DNA of 30,275 nucleotides from a virus (IMGVR_UViG_3300031994_000015:1-30275), one strand, 5' to 3'; positions 1 to 10,403 are shown, counted from the stretch's first letter. Made by a program: numbers and translations. Notes: generated by a model from the sequence alone, not told the origin.

Positions 1-126
1 GGTAAGTACAATATGATAATGCAAATGTCAGAAGTACTTGTGGAAGCTGGAATTAATTATCATACATATATTGAAATAATTTCTAATTATAAAAAATATT
101 ACAATAAGTATGTTGGTTCAAACTAA
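1..126 (+). CDS. 3' end of hypothetical protein (partial)
   Basis: Frame 1 is open from base 1 to TAA at 124-126. Confidence 0.55.
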   Translation, partial: GKYNMIMQMSEVLVEAGINYHTYIEIISNYKKYYNKYVGSN

Positions 127-538
127 GACATTCTATAATGCGGTAATTGATGGTGATTTATTTTTCACTATTTATGATTACCTTCGTTTCAACCCATCAG
201 CAGCTTTGAATGATTATAAAATTCGGACTACTAACGATTTTGATAATCTTTCATTAGAAGATTGGGGAGATCTTGCTGAAGATGCAATTTTTTGGTTAGA
301 GCATTACCAATTACCTGAAGTAAAGATGCTTGATGATATTGCCCCTTCTATGGACACCTGGGGAACTCTTTATTATCAAACAGTAAATTATATAAGTATT
401 AAAGAGGTTGGGCAACCTACATTACACAGCCGCGACCTGAATGGCATTGTAAAGGCATGCATCAATTGTATTGAATATCTTAAGGAAAAAAGATTTGAGA
501 TTCGTGAAGTAACTGATGAAGATTTGAAAAATATATGA
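110..538 (+). CDS. hypothetical protein
   Basis: 142-aa ORF; ATGA overlap with next gene. Confidence 0.8.
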   Translation: MLVQTKTFYNAVIDGDLFFTIYDYLRFNPSAALNDYKIRTTNDFDNLSLEDWGDLAEDAIFWLEHYQLPEVKMLDDIAPSMDTWGTLYYQTVNYISIKEVGQPTLHSRDLNGIVKACINCIEYLKEKRFEIREVTDEDLKNI

Positions 539-858
539 TTCAATTTGAGTTAAAAGATTTAGAAACTGGTAAGGAATACATTGTTGCCTATCATAAAGGA
601 GAGCGATGGATTCCTTGTGTTGTTAAAGTAGTTAAGGAATATACTGTAAGATTTGTTCGTCCTAAAACCCAAACACATTCTCCTTTAGAGTTTGATAAGG
701 AATATTCTATTAAAGATTTTTATCATGAACATAGAGGAATAGATTTGTTTGGTAATAAATTTAGGATGTTAAATACATTTGAAACATTTGGTATTGCCCA
801 AGCTTGGTGTGATTTTGAAAAGGCTATTTGTGATTTTAAGGATGAAAACCCATTTTAA
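535..858 (+). CDS. hypothetical protein
   Basis: 107-aa ORF; C-terminal FETFGIAQAWCD resembles FDSVSECQDWCD of ORF 23012. Confidence 0.8.
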   Translation: MIQFELKDLETGKEYIVAYHKGERWIPCVVKVVKEYTVRFVRPKTQTHSPLEFDKEYSIKDFYHEHRGIDLFGNKFRMLNTFETFGIAQAWCDFEKAICDFKDENPF

Positions 859-860
859 AT

Positions 861-1697
861 ATGTGTAAATTTTGTGATTCTCTAAAAGAAAAATCATTAG
901 TTTCTTACAACAATCGTAAGAATATGGATATTTATTGTGGACAATATCAAGGAGTCAATGTATATGGTACAGTCTACATGAAAGGTAATATGCTATCTAT
1001 AGGATGCAGTGGTTCATATAGGTCACGTTTTGATTGTTATTATGAAGATGAAGGCCTTGAATGTGATAATGAAAATGCATATGATTCAAAGAATAGTTAT
1101 ATTCATATTCAATATTGTCCATTTTGTGGCCGAAAATTAGAAGACCATACTTATGAAAAGCAAAAGACAAATGATGATCTTAAAAAATTAAAAGAAAAAC
1201 TTAAATGGCTAGAACAAGATTTAAGGGATTATAGTCTTGTTGTTGTTTGTGATTGGTTTTGTAATAAAAGGATATTGCATAATGTGGAAATATGGCCAGG
1301 AAAATTGGGAGACAGAACGGAATATGATTATATTGAATATAAAAATGATTCACCTTTGACATTTAACCAAATTTCTGAAAAATTTCCTAAAGTATCTTTA
1401 AAAGTATATTATGGACGTCCACAAAAAGACTGGAATAAATATATTAGAGCAAAATTGCCATTATTTACATTTAATACAAAAATAAAGTCTAATGGATATT
1501 ATTCCGGTGAATATTCATCATGTGATTATGTATTAACTGATGAAATGTATTTTAAATTGGTTGAATTAGGATATATTAAACATAATAAAGAGAAATATGA
1601 TGATTTGAAAAAAGAACAAGAAATTATTACGAAAGATATAATAAATGTTAAAAAGAATATTAAAAAACTTGAACATTATTTGAAAACTCTTAAATAA
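861..1697 (+). CDS. hypothetical protein with Zn-binding N-terminal domain and coiled coils
   Basis: MCKFC...IQYCPFCGRKL CxxC pairs. Confidence 0.8.
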   Translation: MCKFCDSLKEKSLVSYNNRKNMDIYCGQYQGVNVYGTVYMKGNMLSIGCSGSYRSRFDCYYEDEGLECDNENAYDSKNSYIHIQYCPFCGRKLEDHTYEKQKTNDDLKKLKEKLKWLEQDLRDYSLVVVCDWFCNKRILHNVEIWPGKLGDRTEYDYIEYKNDSPLTFNQISEKFPKVSLKVYYGRPQKDWNKYIRAKLPLFTFNTKIKSNGYYSGEYSSCDYVLTDEMYFKLVELGYIKHNKEKYDDLKKEQEIITKDIINVKKNIKKLEHYLKTLK

Positions 1698-1744
1698 TAA
1701 TTAATTTTTTTCTATATTGTATTATTAAAATAAAAAAGATAATA

Positions 1745-2122
1745 ATGGAATTTATAAAGAAAAATTGGAAGATGATTCTCATTGCATTACTTGTTGTATT
1801 TAGTTTGAATAAATGCACAGTAGCATGCAACAGAGATACAAAGATTAATAAGCAACAAACTGAACTTGTACAAAAAGATTCTATTATCAAAGTACAAGCT
1901 GATTCGTTGAATATTTTAAAGATTCGTTGGGATGATGCACAAACTAATAAAAATGATTTGGTAGGTGTAGCATTAAATACTAAACAAGAACTTGTAAATC
2001 AAGTTAATCAATTGACTAATGATAACAATATCCTTTCACAAAAAGTTAATCAATTGACTTCTGAAGTAAATAATCTTAAAAAAGAAAATAAACGATTAAA
2101 GGAACAATTAAATAATAAGTAA
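1745..2122 (+). CDS. membrane-anchored coiled-coil protein
   Basis: Basic N-terminus, hydrophobic stretch, Cys residues, long heptad-rich C-terminus. Confidence 0.75.
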   Translation: MEFIKKNWKMILIALLVVFSLNKCTVACNRDTKINKQQTELVQKDSIIKVQADSLNILKIRWDDAQTNKNDLVGVALNTKQELVNQVNQLTNDNNILSQKVNQLTSEVNNLKKENKRLKEQLNNK

Positions 2123-2340
2123 TGGCAAAACAAGGTTCAATAGAGCAATTTGGTATTATAACAGAAAATCTTTCTAATTCAATGTTTAGGGTTGAATTAG
2201 ATAATGGTATTGAAATATTGTGTCATATATCAGGGAAGATTCGTATTAATAATATTAGATTGATGACAGGTGATAAAGTAAAAGTTGAGATGAGTCCTTA
2301 TGATTTGAGTAAAGGAAGAATTGTTACAAGATTGAAATGA
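2122..2340 (+). CDS. infA: translation initiation factor IF-1
   Basis: 72 aa; [34 protein letters not shown]...[18 protein letters not shown] is the IF-1 signature. Confidence 0.95.
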   Translation: MAKQGSIEQFGIITENLSNSMFRVELDNGIEILCHISGKIRINNIRLMTGDKVKVEMSPYDLSKGRIVTRLK

Positions 2341-3077
2341 TTGAGTTAAATAAGATATATAATCAAGATTGTATTTATGGAATGGAACAGATTGATGACC
2401 ATTCCATAGATTGTATATTAACTGACCCACCATATGCTACAACCAATTGCACATGGGAGACTGAAGTAGATTTAGATGCACTTTGGAGTAAATGGAAACG
2501 TATTCTTAAACCAAATGGTGTTGTTTTAATTTGTGGTTCAGAACCATTTTCATCAAAAGTCCGCCTATCTAATCTTGAGTGGTATAAATATGATTTGTAT
2601 TGGGTTAAAGAAAAACCAGTCAATTTTTTCCAACTTAAGAGACGTTTTGGGAAGACTACTGAGAATATAATGGTTTTTTATAAAGGACAACCAACATATA
2701 ACCCTCAAATGGTTAAGTATGATGGTAAGAAAGTTACAAACTCAACTAAAAAATCACATACATCAGTCACAACTGGTATTTCAAAATCTACTATAACACC
2801 ATATAATGATACTGGATATCGCTATCCTACAGACATATTACGTATAAATAGAGAAAAGCTTGGTTCAACAATACACGAAACCCAAAAACCATTAGGGTTA
2901 GCAAAGCTTCTTATAAATACTTTCACTAATGAAGGTGATATAGTATTAGATTGTTTTTCGGGAAGTGGAACTTTTGCATTGGCAAGTTCTATATTAAATA
3001 GAAATTATATAGCATTTGAAAGGGATAAAGAAATATTTGATAAATCAATTAAAAGAATAGAAGAATATGAAAGTTAA
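2337..3077 (+). CDS. DNA methyltransferase, N4-C/N6-A beta class
   Basis: ILTDPPY catalytic motif precedes HETQKP and [13 protein letters not shown]-binding motif. Confidence 0.92.
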   Translation: MIELNKIYNQDCIYGMEQIDDHSIDCILTDPPYATTNCTWETEVDLDALWSKWKRILKPNGVVLICGSEPFSSKVRLSNLEWYKYDLYWVKEKPVNFFQLKRRFGKTTENIMVFYKGQPTYNPQMVKYDGKKVTNSTKKSHTSVTTGISKSTITPYNDTGYRYPTDILRINREKLGSTIHETQKPLGLAKLLINTFTNEGDIVLDCFSGSGTFALASSILNRNYIAFERDKEIFDKSIKRIEEYES

Positions 3078-3270
3078 AGATTTAATGGGATTAAATCCAG
3101 AAGCAGAAATTAGAGTTGGTTTTGTCAATACAGGTATGTTATACACTGGTAAAATTAGTTATGGGTGGGATGCCGGTGGAGATTGTGAGCCAGGAATAGA
3201 TACCAAAGCAACAGCTAAAGAAGTTTGCATATTTCTTGGTGATACATCTGAAAATATAGGAAAAGCATAA
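3067..3270 (+). CDS. hypothetical protein
   Basis: 67-aa ORF in operon. Confidence 0.7.
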   Translation: MKVKDLMGLNPEAEIRVGFVNTGMLYTGKISYGWDAGGDCEPGIDTKATAKEVCIFLGDTSENIGKA

Positions 3271-3272
3271 TT

Positions 3273-3398
3273 ATGGGAGAAATGCCGGATTTCCATTATC
3301 TTCAAGCTATAGAAGAATCCAATCGACGAATTGGTTTATATTATGATTATAGATTGAATAGATATGTCAAAAATAAAAATATATCCTTGGTAATATGA
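3273..3398 (+). CDS. small hypothetical protein (41 aa, MGEMPDFHYLQAIEESNRR...)
   Basis: Fills the intergenic gap; ATGA overlap with next gene; below ORF-track cutoff. Confidence 0.6.
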   Translation: MGEMPDFHYLQAIEESNRRIGLYYDYRLNRYVKNKNISLVI

Positions 3399-3604
3399 AA
3401 ATTGAATTAAAACCAATTGTTGACCAATTAACAGAAGCTATTGGACTTATGGAAGGTTATAAAGTTTCTGCAATGATTGATGATGATCATGATGATAAAC
3501 TTGTAGGTTGGATGATTGTTAAAGTATTAGAAGATGGTACTATATTACCTCAATCAACTGATAGATTTAGTAGTATTAAAGAATTAATTGAAGCATATAA
3601 ATGA
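3395..3604 (+). CDS. hypothetical protein
   Basis: 69-aa ORF, coupled at both ends. Confidence 0.75.
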   Translation: MKIELKPIVDQLTEAIGLMEGYKVSAMIDDDHDDKLVGWMIVKVLEDGTILPQSTDRFSSIKELIEAYK

Positions 3605-4539
3605 AAATAACAATTGATACAAAAAATGGTGAAGTAAAAGTAAATGGTAAGTTACTTAAAGAAGCACCTGAACATTATAAACAAATTGCTGAATATACTT
3701 TAAGGTTAGCATATCAAGATAATTATCCTCTTTCTGATTATGAAGAGGATTGTATGTGGATGTCATATAGATATTGTATTGGTAGACATACAATAGCTTC
3801 ACATATGCATGCTAATGAAATCTGGAAGAATTGTAAAGGTCGTATGTCTAAAGAACGTCAATTGTTTACAGCTTTTGATATCAATAGAGAAATTGAAAGC
3901 TCATTGATGTTTATGAAGCCATACTTTCATTTTCCATCAACTTCTCTTAATAAAATTTATACACCAGCTGTAGATATTGTTTGTCAGTTCTTGGAAGATT
4001 ATGATATTAAATCAATTGAAGATTTTATTAAATATCGTGATGTACATGTTATATTAACTGATAATGAAAGAGGTTACAAGTTTGAAACCGTAACTTGGGA
4101 AGAATGGCTTAGACCTAGACTTTTAAAATTAATGCAAAGATTTTATAATAATGATGCACTATCAGAAGATTATGCATGGAAACATTATCTATCTTGGGTT
4201 AATAATGAAGATGATTATGGGGCATTAGGGAATCAAATATCAGAATTAATAAAAGATATGCCAAGAGCTGACCATTATTATTTTCATGATTTTGAAGATT
4301 TGTTTGTTTGGAATGATTTAGTACATTGTTTTGATTATGAACATTATCATAAATCAATTCTTGTAGATGGATCAGAAGTTGAATGGTTCTGGGCTTGGAC
4401 TAATAATTTAGAAAAACACGATGATGGGTATTATTACAGATCTTTTGGTTATCACCAAATAAGAGTTCCTGTAAATGAATGGAATGGTAATTGTAATAAA
4501 TATATACCAAATGAATCTATTAAGAAAGATTTATATTAA
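3601..4539 (+). CDS. hypothetical protein
   Basis: 312-aa ORF. Confidence 0.85.
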   Translation: MKITIDTKNGEVKVNGKLLKEAPEHYKQIAEYTLRLAYQDNYPLSDYEEDCMWMSYRYCIGRHTIASHMHANEIWKNCKGRMSKERQLFTAFDINREIESSLMFMKPYFHFPSTSLNKIYTPAVDIVCQFLEDYDIKSIEDFIKYRDVHVILTDNERGYKFETVTWEEWLRPRLLKLMQRFYNNDALSEDYAWKHYLSWVNNEDDYGALGNQISELIKDMPRADHYYFHDFEDLFVWNDLVHCFDYEHYHKSILVDGSEVEWFWAWTNNLEKHDDGYYYRSFGYHQIRVPVNEWNGNCNKYIPNESIKKDLY

Positions 4540-4573
4540 TGAGAAATAAAAAGATACATAATCCATTTGCACG

Positions 4574-5035
4574 ATGATAAAATTTAGTGATTTAAAAGAC
4601 GGGAGTTATATTTGGGTAGTTTGGAATCTTAATTGGGATAAATCTGTACCTTCAGAATATAAATTTTATCCATGGGAATTTGAAATAAGAAAAAGTTTAG
4701 TTCTAAAAAACCAATTAAATGTACCTGAAACATATGATCGTGGTGATAGATGGGAATCAGATATTGTAACTATTTCTACAAATTATTTAACTATTTTCTT
4801 TAATAATATTGAATATAGAAGAAGTTATGATGAATTCTATAACAATAAAGGTCAAATGACTTTTACACCACCTTATAATAAAATTGGCCCACATATTGAA
4901 GTATTTACAGAAGAGCAAGATGCTAAAGATTATGTAATTGCTAGATGTGAAAGCCGAATGAAAAGTATAGAAGAGCAAATGAAAGAATTGGAATTTGAAA
5001 AAAGTTTATTAGAAAAATCTATAAATAAATTATAA
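4574..5035 (+). CDS. hypothetical protein
   Basis: 153-aa ORF with C-terminal coiled coil. Confidence 0.8.
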   Translation: MIKFSDLKDGSYIWVVWNLNWDKSVPSEYKFYPWEFEIRKSLVLKNQLNVPETYDRGDRWESDIVTISTNYLTIFFNNIEYRRSYDEFYNNKGQMTFTPPYNKIGPHIEVFTEEQDAKDYVIARCESRMKSIEEQMKELEFEKSLLEKSINKL

Positions 5036-5040
5036 AGAAT

Positions 5041-5346
5041 ATGGCAAAAGATGATATATTAGGAGGAATGGGAGTATCAAGAGGACCTATGGTTGATCCT
5101 ACAAAATATCCTCGTATTACTTGTGATAAATGTGGACATCATGTTTTTAGAAGTGCAGTAATTATATACAATATTCCTGGAATAGCAGTAGGTAATGGTA
5201 CTGAAGATATACCTTATCCTGTTCCGGTATATGTATGTGATAAATGTGGAGAAATTATCAAGACTGTTCGTGATGAACTTGATAAGATTGAAGCAGAAAA
5301 AGAAAAGAATAAAGAAGCAACTAAAGGTAGTTCATTAATACTTTAA
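5041..5346 (+). CDS. zinc-ribbon protein
   Basis: Two CDKCG motifs. Confidence 0.8.
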   Translation: MAKDDILGGMGVSRGPMVDPTKYPRITCDKCGHHVFRSAVIIYNIPGIAVGNGTEDIPYPVPVYVCDKCGEIIKTVRDELDKIEAEKEKNKEATKGSSLIL

Positions 5347-5347
5347 T

Positions 5348-5620
5348 ATGGAAATAAAATTATTTAATAGAGATGGTGCTAATTTAAGATTGGTATCAGA
5401 AGATGAAAAACTTTGGCAATTCAAAGTTGATTTGGATCATCAATATATATTTGATTATATGAGATATGAGTTTGCAGAAGATAATAAGACAATTCAAATG
5501 ATTGATCCTTCTGGTGGCCCATATTTAACTATAGGAACAAAGCTTAATAATGATTATGTTATTGATGCCTTTGTTGAAGTAGATGATATTTTATATATTC
5601 ATACTAACAAAATAGAATAA
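5348..5620 (+). CDS. hypothetical protein
   Basis: 90-aa ORF. Confidence 0.75.
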   Translation: MEIKLFNRDGANLRLVSEDEKLWQFKVDLDHQYIFDYMRYEFAEDNKTIQMIDPSGGPYLTIGTKLNNDYVIDAFVEVDDILYIHTNKIE

Positions 5621-5631
5621 TCATATTATAT

Positions 5632-5669
5632 TTGAAATTTTTCCAATAATTTCTATATTATATATGTAA
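5632..5669 (+). promoter_or_regulatory. repeated phage promoter motif
   Basis: TTGAAA-N14-TCTATATT-N5-TGTAA; six copies with identical spacing, each upstream of a gene start. Confidence 0.75.
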
Positions 5670-5683
5670 TAAATAACATAGAT

Positions 5684-5869
5684 ATGGGAATTATTGGATT
5701 TATTGGAATTATCTTTTTAGGAATTTTTGGATTTGTATTCTTTGGTATTCTTGGTTGGATAATCAAAATACTAGGATATGTATTTGAATTTCTATTAGAT
5801 GGATGTTTCCATTCTATGGGATGTTTAGTTGTCATTATATTTATAATTCTGTTAATGATGATTTTATAA
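5684..5869 (+). CDS. small membrane protein
   Basis: 61 aa, almost entirely hydrophobic; directly after promoter. Confidence 0.7.
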   Translation: MGIIGFIGIIFLGIFGFVFFGILGWIIKILGYVFEFLLDGCFHSMGCLVVIIFIILLMMIL

Positions 5870-5894
5870 TATTATTATATAAAATTAATTGAGT

Positions 5895-6653
5895 ATGAGA
5901 AAACGTATAGTGATTGGTGATCCTCATGGCCGATGGGGATTTGTCAAGCAGGCATATGATAAAGAGCAACCAGATGAAGTGATTATTTTGGGTGATTATT
6001 TTGATTCATTTCATATTCACCCAGAAGATCAAAGAGATTGTTATGATAATATAATTAATCTTCGTAAAGAGCATATTAAGAAAAAGAAAGGTAATAAGTT
6101 TATAATGCTTATTGGTAATCATGATATGCATTATATGGATGAGAATTTTGGCCGTTGTTCTGGTTGGAATGCTTATACTTGTTCTTTAGCAATGTTTAGG
6201 CTTTGTAGAGATTGGGATGCTGAAATTTTGAAAATGTGCTATGTTGATGAGCTTAATTCTACTATTTATTCTCATGCTGGTATTTCTCAAGCTTGGTTTG
6301 ATACTTGGTGTCAAAAGAGTTTAGGAAATATTAATACATTAGCAACTAAAGCATTTGTATTTACATACCGAGAAGGAGGTGATTCTTATGGGAGTTCTAT
6401 TTATAGTTCACCATTGTGGTTGCGTCCTGAAGGATTGAAAAAATCCCCATTAGTAGAATATGTAGACGATGATGGTGAAGTGTATTGTTGGAATCAAGTA
6501 TTTGGTCATACAGAACCTGATACTCCTATGAGGTGGGAACAAAATAATGGAATATTCTATGGAATTGATTGTATTTATAAGCATTATCTAGTTCAGGAAA
6601 TCGGAGATGATGGAATAATTACAAAAACATATCTTGGGAATATACAAGAATAA
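5895..6653 (+). CDS. calcineurin-like metallophosphoesterase
   Basis: GDPHG, GDYFD, GNHD, SHAG, FGHT motifs; ATG at 5895 preferred over TTG 5889. Confidence 0.9.
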   Translation: MRKRIVIGDPHGRWGFVKQAYDKEQPDEVIILGDYFDSFHIHPEDQRDCYDNIINLRKEHIKKKKGNKFIMLIGNHDMHYMDENFGRCSGWNAYTCSLAMFRLCRDWDAEILKMCYVDELNSTIYSHAGISQAWFDTWCQKSLGNINTLATKAFVFTYREGGDSYGSSIYSSPLWLRPEGLKKSPLVEYVDDDGEVYCWNQVFGHTEPDTPMRWEQNNGIFYGIDCIYKHYLVQEIGDDGIITKTYLGNIQE

Positions 6654-6654
6654 A

Positions 6655-6680
6655 AAATGGAGCTCTAAAGAGCTCCATTT
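6655..6680. terminator. bidirectional intrinsic terminator
   Basis: AAATGGAGCTC-TAAA-GAGCTCCATTT between convergent genes. Confidence 0.8.
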
Positions 6681-6706
6681 ATATTTTAAATCAAATTGCT
6701 TATCAA

Positions 6707-7867
6707 TTAAGCAAGTTTTACTCCAATTTCTAATGTATAGTTATTAGATGAAGATGGAGCTGTCTTTTCATACAAGCTTACTGTTGCTGTAACATTAGAT
6801 GATGAGTTTGCAGTAAATGCCTTAGAACCGCTTTGACCAGCAATTGTTAATGTACCATTATTAACTGTAGGCATAGCTGGTGCAACAGGTGTCTTAAATA
6901 CAACAGTACTTCCACCACCAGTTAACTTATAATAAGTATTATATTCTAATTGTGTACCACCACCTGTTGTAGTAGCATCTTTAGCTAATGATACACCATG
7001 TGGCATTGTCATAGTTCTGTTGGTAACAGTTATTTGACCATTAGTAGCTTGGGCAACTTGTGGAATTACAAATGTACTTTGACTTGATAATGTTGCATCA
7101 GCAGTAGGACCACCACTTGCAGCAGTATATTTTGGTGCAGCTGGCATGGTGAATATGAATGAAGTACCACCGGCATTCAATGCATATTTAGTTCCAAATG
7201 CTAATGTAAGTGCATTAGTACCAGTTGAAGTAGCAATTGTAGTTGTGTGAGTGTGGTTACCGGCAGCAGCTGTAGTAGCTGTAGTACCAATAGATGGTGC
7301 GAATGTAGATGGTTTACCACTAAGAGTTGACCATGTTGTAGCAGCAGGCATAGTCATTGTTCTATTTGTTACAGTTACTTGACCACCAGCAGCTTGTGAT
7401 ACTTGTGGAACAGTAAATGTACCACCATGTGTTAAAGTTGCATTAGCAGTAGGACCACCAGAAGCAGTAGTAAATTTAACAGCAACTGGTTTACCACCAC
7501 TGAAATAAACAGGATTAGTTGAACTACCTCCATTAGTTGTTAATGCAATAGCGGAATTAGCTGAATCACCATTGAATTTATTAAATAATGAGTCAAGTAC
7601 AGAATCTGCTAAACCATTATTATCTTGTCCAATTTTTGTTAATTCATTATAGATAGTTCCAACTTTGTGCATCATGCTTTGGAAACCTGTGTCAGCATAA
7701 GAGTTCAAATTATCCAAATCCCCAACAAGACCATCAAAATTATCTTGTAATTCTTGAATTGCTAAACGGGCAGTATCATCCCAAAGTTCATAAGTTTTAC
7801 TATTAACAGACAATTGTGATAATCTTGGATGTGCAGAATTTTTTAATTGATTAACGTTTATAGCCAT
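6707..7867 (-). CDS. putative tail fibre/virion fibre protein
   Basis: Coiled-coil N-terminus, Thr/Gly/Ala-rich beta C-terminus, ~43-aa internal repeat (ASGGPTA.ATL...PQV.QA..GQ.TVTNRTMTMP), fibre-like WSTLSGKPSTFAPS and AAGNHTH. Confidence 0.7.
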   Translation of the reverse strand: MAINVNQLKNSAHPRLSQLSVNSKTYELWDDTARLAIQELQDNFDGLVGDLDNLNSYADTGFQSMMHKVGTIYNELTKIGQDNNGLADSVLDSLFNKFNGDSANSAIALTTNGGSSTNPVYFSGGKPVAVKFTTASGGPTANATLTHGGTFTVPQVSQAAGGQVTVTNRTMTMPAATTWSTLSGKPSTFAPSIGTTATTAAAGNHTHTTTIATSTGTNALTLAFGTKYALNAGGTSFIFTMPAAPKYTAASGGPTADATLSSQSTFVIPQVAQATNGQITVTNRTMTMPHGVSLAKDATTTGGGTQLEYNTYYKLTGGGSTVVFKTPVAPAMPTVNNGTLTIAGQSGSKAFTANSSSNVTATVSLYEKTAPSSSNNYTLEIGVKLA

Positions 7868-7887
7868 AAATTATTAAATCAGTTTTT

Positions 7888-8211
7888 TTATTTTATTAAT
7901 AATGTATATGAAGATAAATAAGATATCTCATCATAATTATTTAATTGTAATTCTATATTATTTTGGTGTAAAATATTTTGCTCTAAATTTTCTATTCTAT
8001 TTGAATGATCCAATGTTTGGGTAGAAAGAGCATCTAATCTTGTATTTTGTGAATCATTAACAGTTTTTAAATTTTCAATATCCGTATCTATATTATTATT
8101 GATATGGTCACTAATTGCATTTAATTTAATAGAATGTGTTTTGTATTTTTTAGAGACCTTTTCAATAAATTCTTGTAAAATTAGAAAATGATTAGTTATT
8201 TGGTCATTCAT
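7888..8211 (-). CDS. coiled-coil hypothetical protein, probably virion-associated
   Basis: 107 aa, co-oriented immediately upstream of the fibre gene. Confidence 0.65.
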   Translation of the reverse strand: MNDQITNHFLILQEFIEKVSKKYKTHSIKLNAISDHINNNIDTDIENLKTVNDSQNTRLDALSTQTLDHSNRIENLEQNILHQNNIELQLNNYDEISYLSSYTLLIK

Positions 8212-8275
8212 ATTAAATTAATTCATATTTATATATAAAAATAAAATTATTTTTAATCAAAATACAACAATATTT

Positions 8276-8782
8276 ATGAACAAGAACATATTTGATTTAA
8301 TGGATTTTGGGAAATTATTTGAGAATTTAGATACATCAATGTTTAAACTCAATAATGAAGTTATTGATCTTGCTTCTAAAGAAGGTTTAGATAAGTTTAA
8401 TAAGAAACTTGATGAACTTGAAGAGAATGAGTTTGGTAAACTTTTCTTAGAGCATATTACTGGTAAAAAGATTTATGAACTTAGAGACTTAGCAAAGAAT
8501 TATTATGATATTAATAATCCTAAAGATGTTAAAGTTGATGAGTCATTAAAAGAAGTAAAGCAAGATTTAAAAGAACTTCCTAAAAAAGAATTCGATAGAC
8601 CATCAAAGCATATTGATATAAATGTTGGTTTACAAATTCATAAATTAGTTCAAGAATATATTGATACTAAAATCAAACCTTATGCAAAAGGTATTATGAG
8701 TGAAAAGTCAATTAATGATGCTTATGCTGGTTTATATGAATTTGCTTGTTGGATTTATAATAAACCATCAAATAAAAAATAA
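8276..8782 (+). CDS. hypothetical protein
   Basis: 168-aa ORF. Confidence 0.8.
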   Translation: MNKNIFDLMDFGKLFENLDTSMFKLNNEVIDLASKEGLDKFNKKLDELEENEFGKLFLEHITGKKIYELRDLAKNYYDINNPKDVKVDESLKEVKQDLKELPKKEFDRPSKHIDINVGLQIHKLVQEYIDTKIKPYAKGIMSEKSINDAYAGLYEFACWIYNKPSNKK

Positions 8783-8797
8783 GTATTATGGGATCTG

Positions 8798-9130
8798 ATG
8801 CTTAAAAAAGATGATTTACAAAAGAAATTAAAAGAAGCATTTTCTGGTATTATTCCTCAAGCAATAGAAACTTGCATGAAGAATAATCAAAAGACTAAAT
8901 CTAAAAAAGGTGATAAAGATGCTGAAGAATTTGCTAAATCTTTTGATGAAATAGTATCTGACCAATTAGCAACTGCAATTTCATCTGCTATTGATTATTA
9001 TATTAAGAATGCAGATATAACAGGGACTATCATTACAAATGGTGGTCCCACTACTCAAGTAGCCCAAATATCACCTCCACCTACACCTATAGTAGGTGGA
9101 AAAATTCCAAATACTTTTGGTATAAATTAA
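8798..9130 (+). CDS. hypothetical protein
   Basis: 110-aa ORF. Confidence 0.8.
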   Translation: MLKKDDLQKKLKEAFSGIIPQAIETCMKNNQKTKSKKGDKDAEEFAKSFDEIVSDQLATAISSAIDYYIKNADITGTIITNGGPTTQVAQISPPPTPIVGGKIPNTFGIN

Positions 9131-9266
9131 AGAAAAAATTTATTTTTAAATAGAAGATTTGAAATAACAACGTTTGACAATTCTATTTTAAATTAAATTA
9201 ACAGAAAGATTAAAATTGTTTAAAAACAATTTAATCACATTTGACAAAAATATTTTTACATTTATT

Positions 9267-10379
9267 ATGACAACAGAAAATGACATTTTAGGATTTGACC
9301 CACAAAGTTTGTCAGTATTTAATCAAGACGAAGCACCTAAATCACAAGGTAATTCATTAATTTACAAAACTAAACCAGCTGATTCTAGATCAGAAGATAA
9401 GGTTTATCGTGCTACTATTAAGGTAGTTTATAATCCATTCGATCCAAAGCATTCAATCCTTGATCAACAATCTTATGCACTTCAAGATTCTGAAGGTTGG
9501 CTTACTGTAGTTAGTTCATTGACTACTGGTGATACTTCTTGTCCTATTTTTAAGGCATGGAAGAAATGTCACTTTGCAGAAAAGAATTCTACTCTTTGGA
9601 AGCAAGCTGCATCTGCAGAAGATGGCGGTAAAGCATTATTTGATAAGAGATTTGCACGTTATTGTGTAGTTCAAATTTTGGAAGATAATAATCAACCTAA
9701 TTTGGTAGGCAAGTTTATGCTTTGGAAACTTCCTAAGTCTGTAATGGATATTATCATGGCTAAGATGAATCCTTCACCAGAATCTAAGAAACCAGCTATT
9801 CCTGTAATGGACTTCTTGTTTGGTCGTTCAATTGATATTGAAGTAACTCCGGGCCCAGGTAATCCAGGTGATGAGCGTTATGCCCGTGAAACTAAGTATA
9901 TGGCTGAACTTTCTGAAGATGTAGTAAGTTGTATAAATCCTGATGGAAGCCCACTTCTTAATGATGAAGAGCAAAAAATTCTTGACCATTATGTTGAAGC
10001 CATGAAGGAAGTTTGGAAGGAAAAGGATCCAGAAGTACGTGCTACAAAGAAAGCTGCTGTTGATAATGATCCTAATACTGCCGCACTTGGTAAGATTTAT
10101 AATAGTAAAGTAATTCCTACTATTAAGTCAGTATGTCCTAACCTTATTGAAGAACTTGGTTACAAGCCATGGTCAGATAATGTTAAAGCCCGTGTACAAA
10201 AGTGGATTGATATTGTATTAGCAGGTAATGATCCAAAGACTGTTGATGCTGCTCCTGCAGCTGCTGCAACTGTTGGAACAACTACAGAAACTCAAGCACA
10301 AGCTCCAGCTTCTACAGCTACCGTAACAACTGCTCCTACAGAATCAGAAGTAGATCCAACTAGTGATCTCCCATTCTAA
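9267..10379 (+). CDS. single-stranded DNA-binding protein, T4 gp32-like
   Basis: CPI...KR..Y..VQILED...P...GK.......K...D.I pattern as in gp32 core; Ala/Thr linker and acidic DLPF C-terminal tail; ATG at 9267 preferred. Confidence 0.75.
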   Translation: MTTENDILGFDPQSLSVFNQDEAPKSQGNSLIYKTKPADSRSEDKVYRATIKVVYNPFDPKHSILDQQSYALQDSEGWLTVVSSLTTGDTSCPIFKAWKKCHFAEKNSTLWKQAASAEDGGKALFDKRFARYCVVQILEDNNQPNLVGKFMLWKLPKSVMDIIMAKMNPSPESKKPAIPVMDFLFGRSIDIEVTPGPGNPGDERYARETKYMAELSEDVVSCINPDGSPLLNDEEQKILDHYVEAMKEVWKEKDPEVRATKKAAVDNDPNTAALGKIYNSKVIPTIKSVCPNLIEELGYKPWSDNVKARVQKWIDIVLAGNDPKTVDAAPAAAATVGTTTETQAQAPASTATVTTAPTESEVDPTSDLPF

Positions 10380-10403
10380 TTGTAGATAATTAATTTTTAA
10401 TAT

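Noticed and set aside
8226-8233. T4 late-promoter consensus TATAAATA on the minus strand (also ~12999-13006)
   Set aside because: Expected by chance in such AT-rich DNA; the second copy overlaps the start codon
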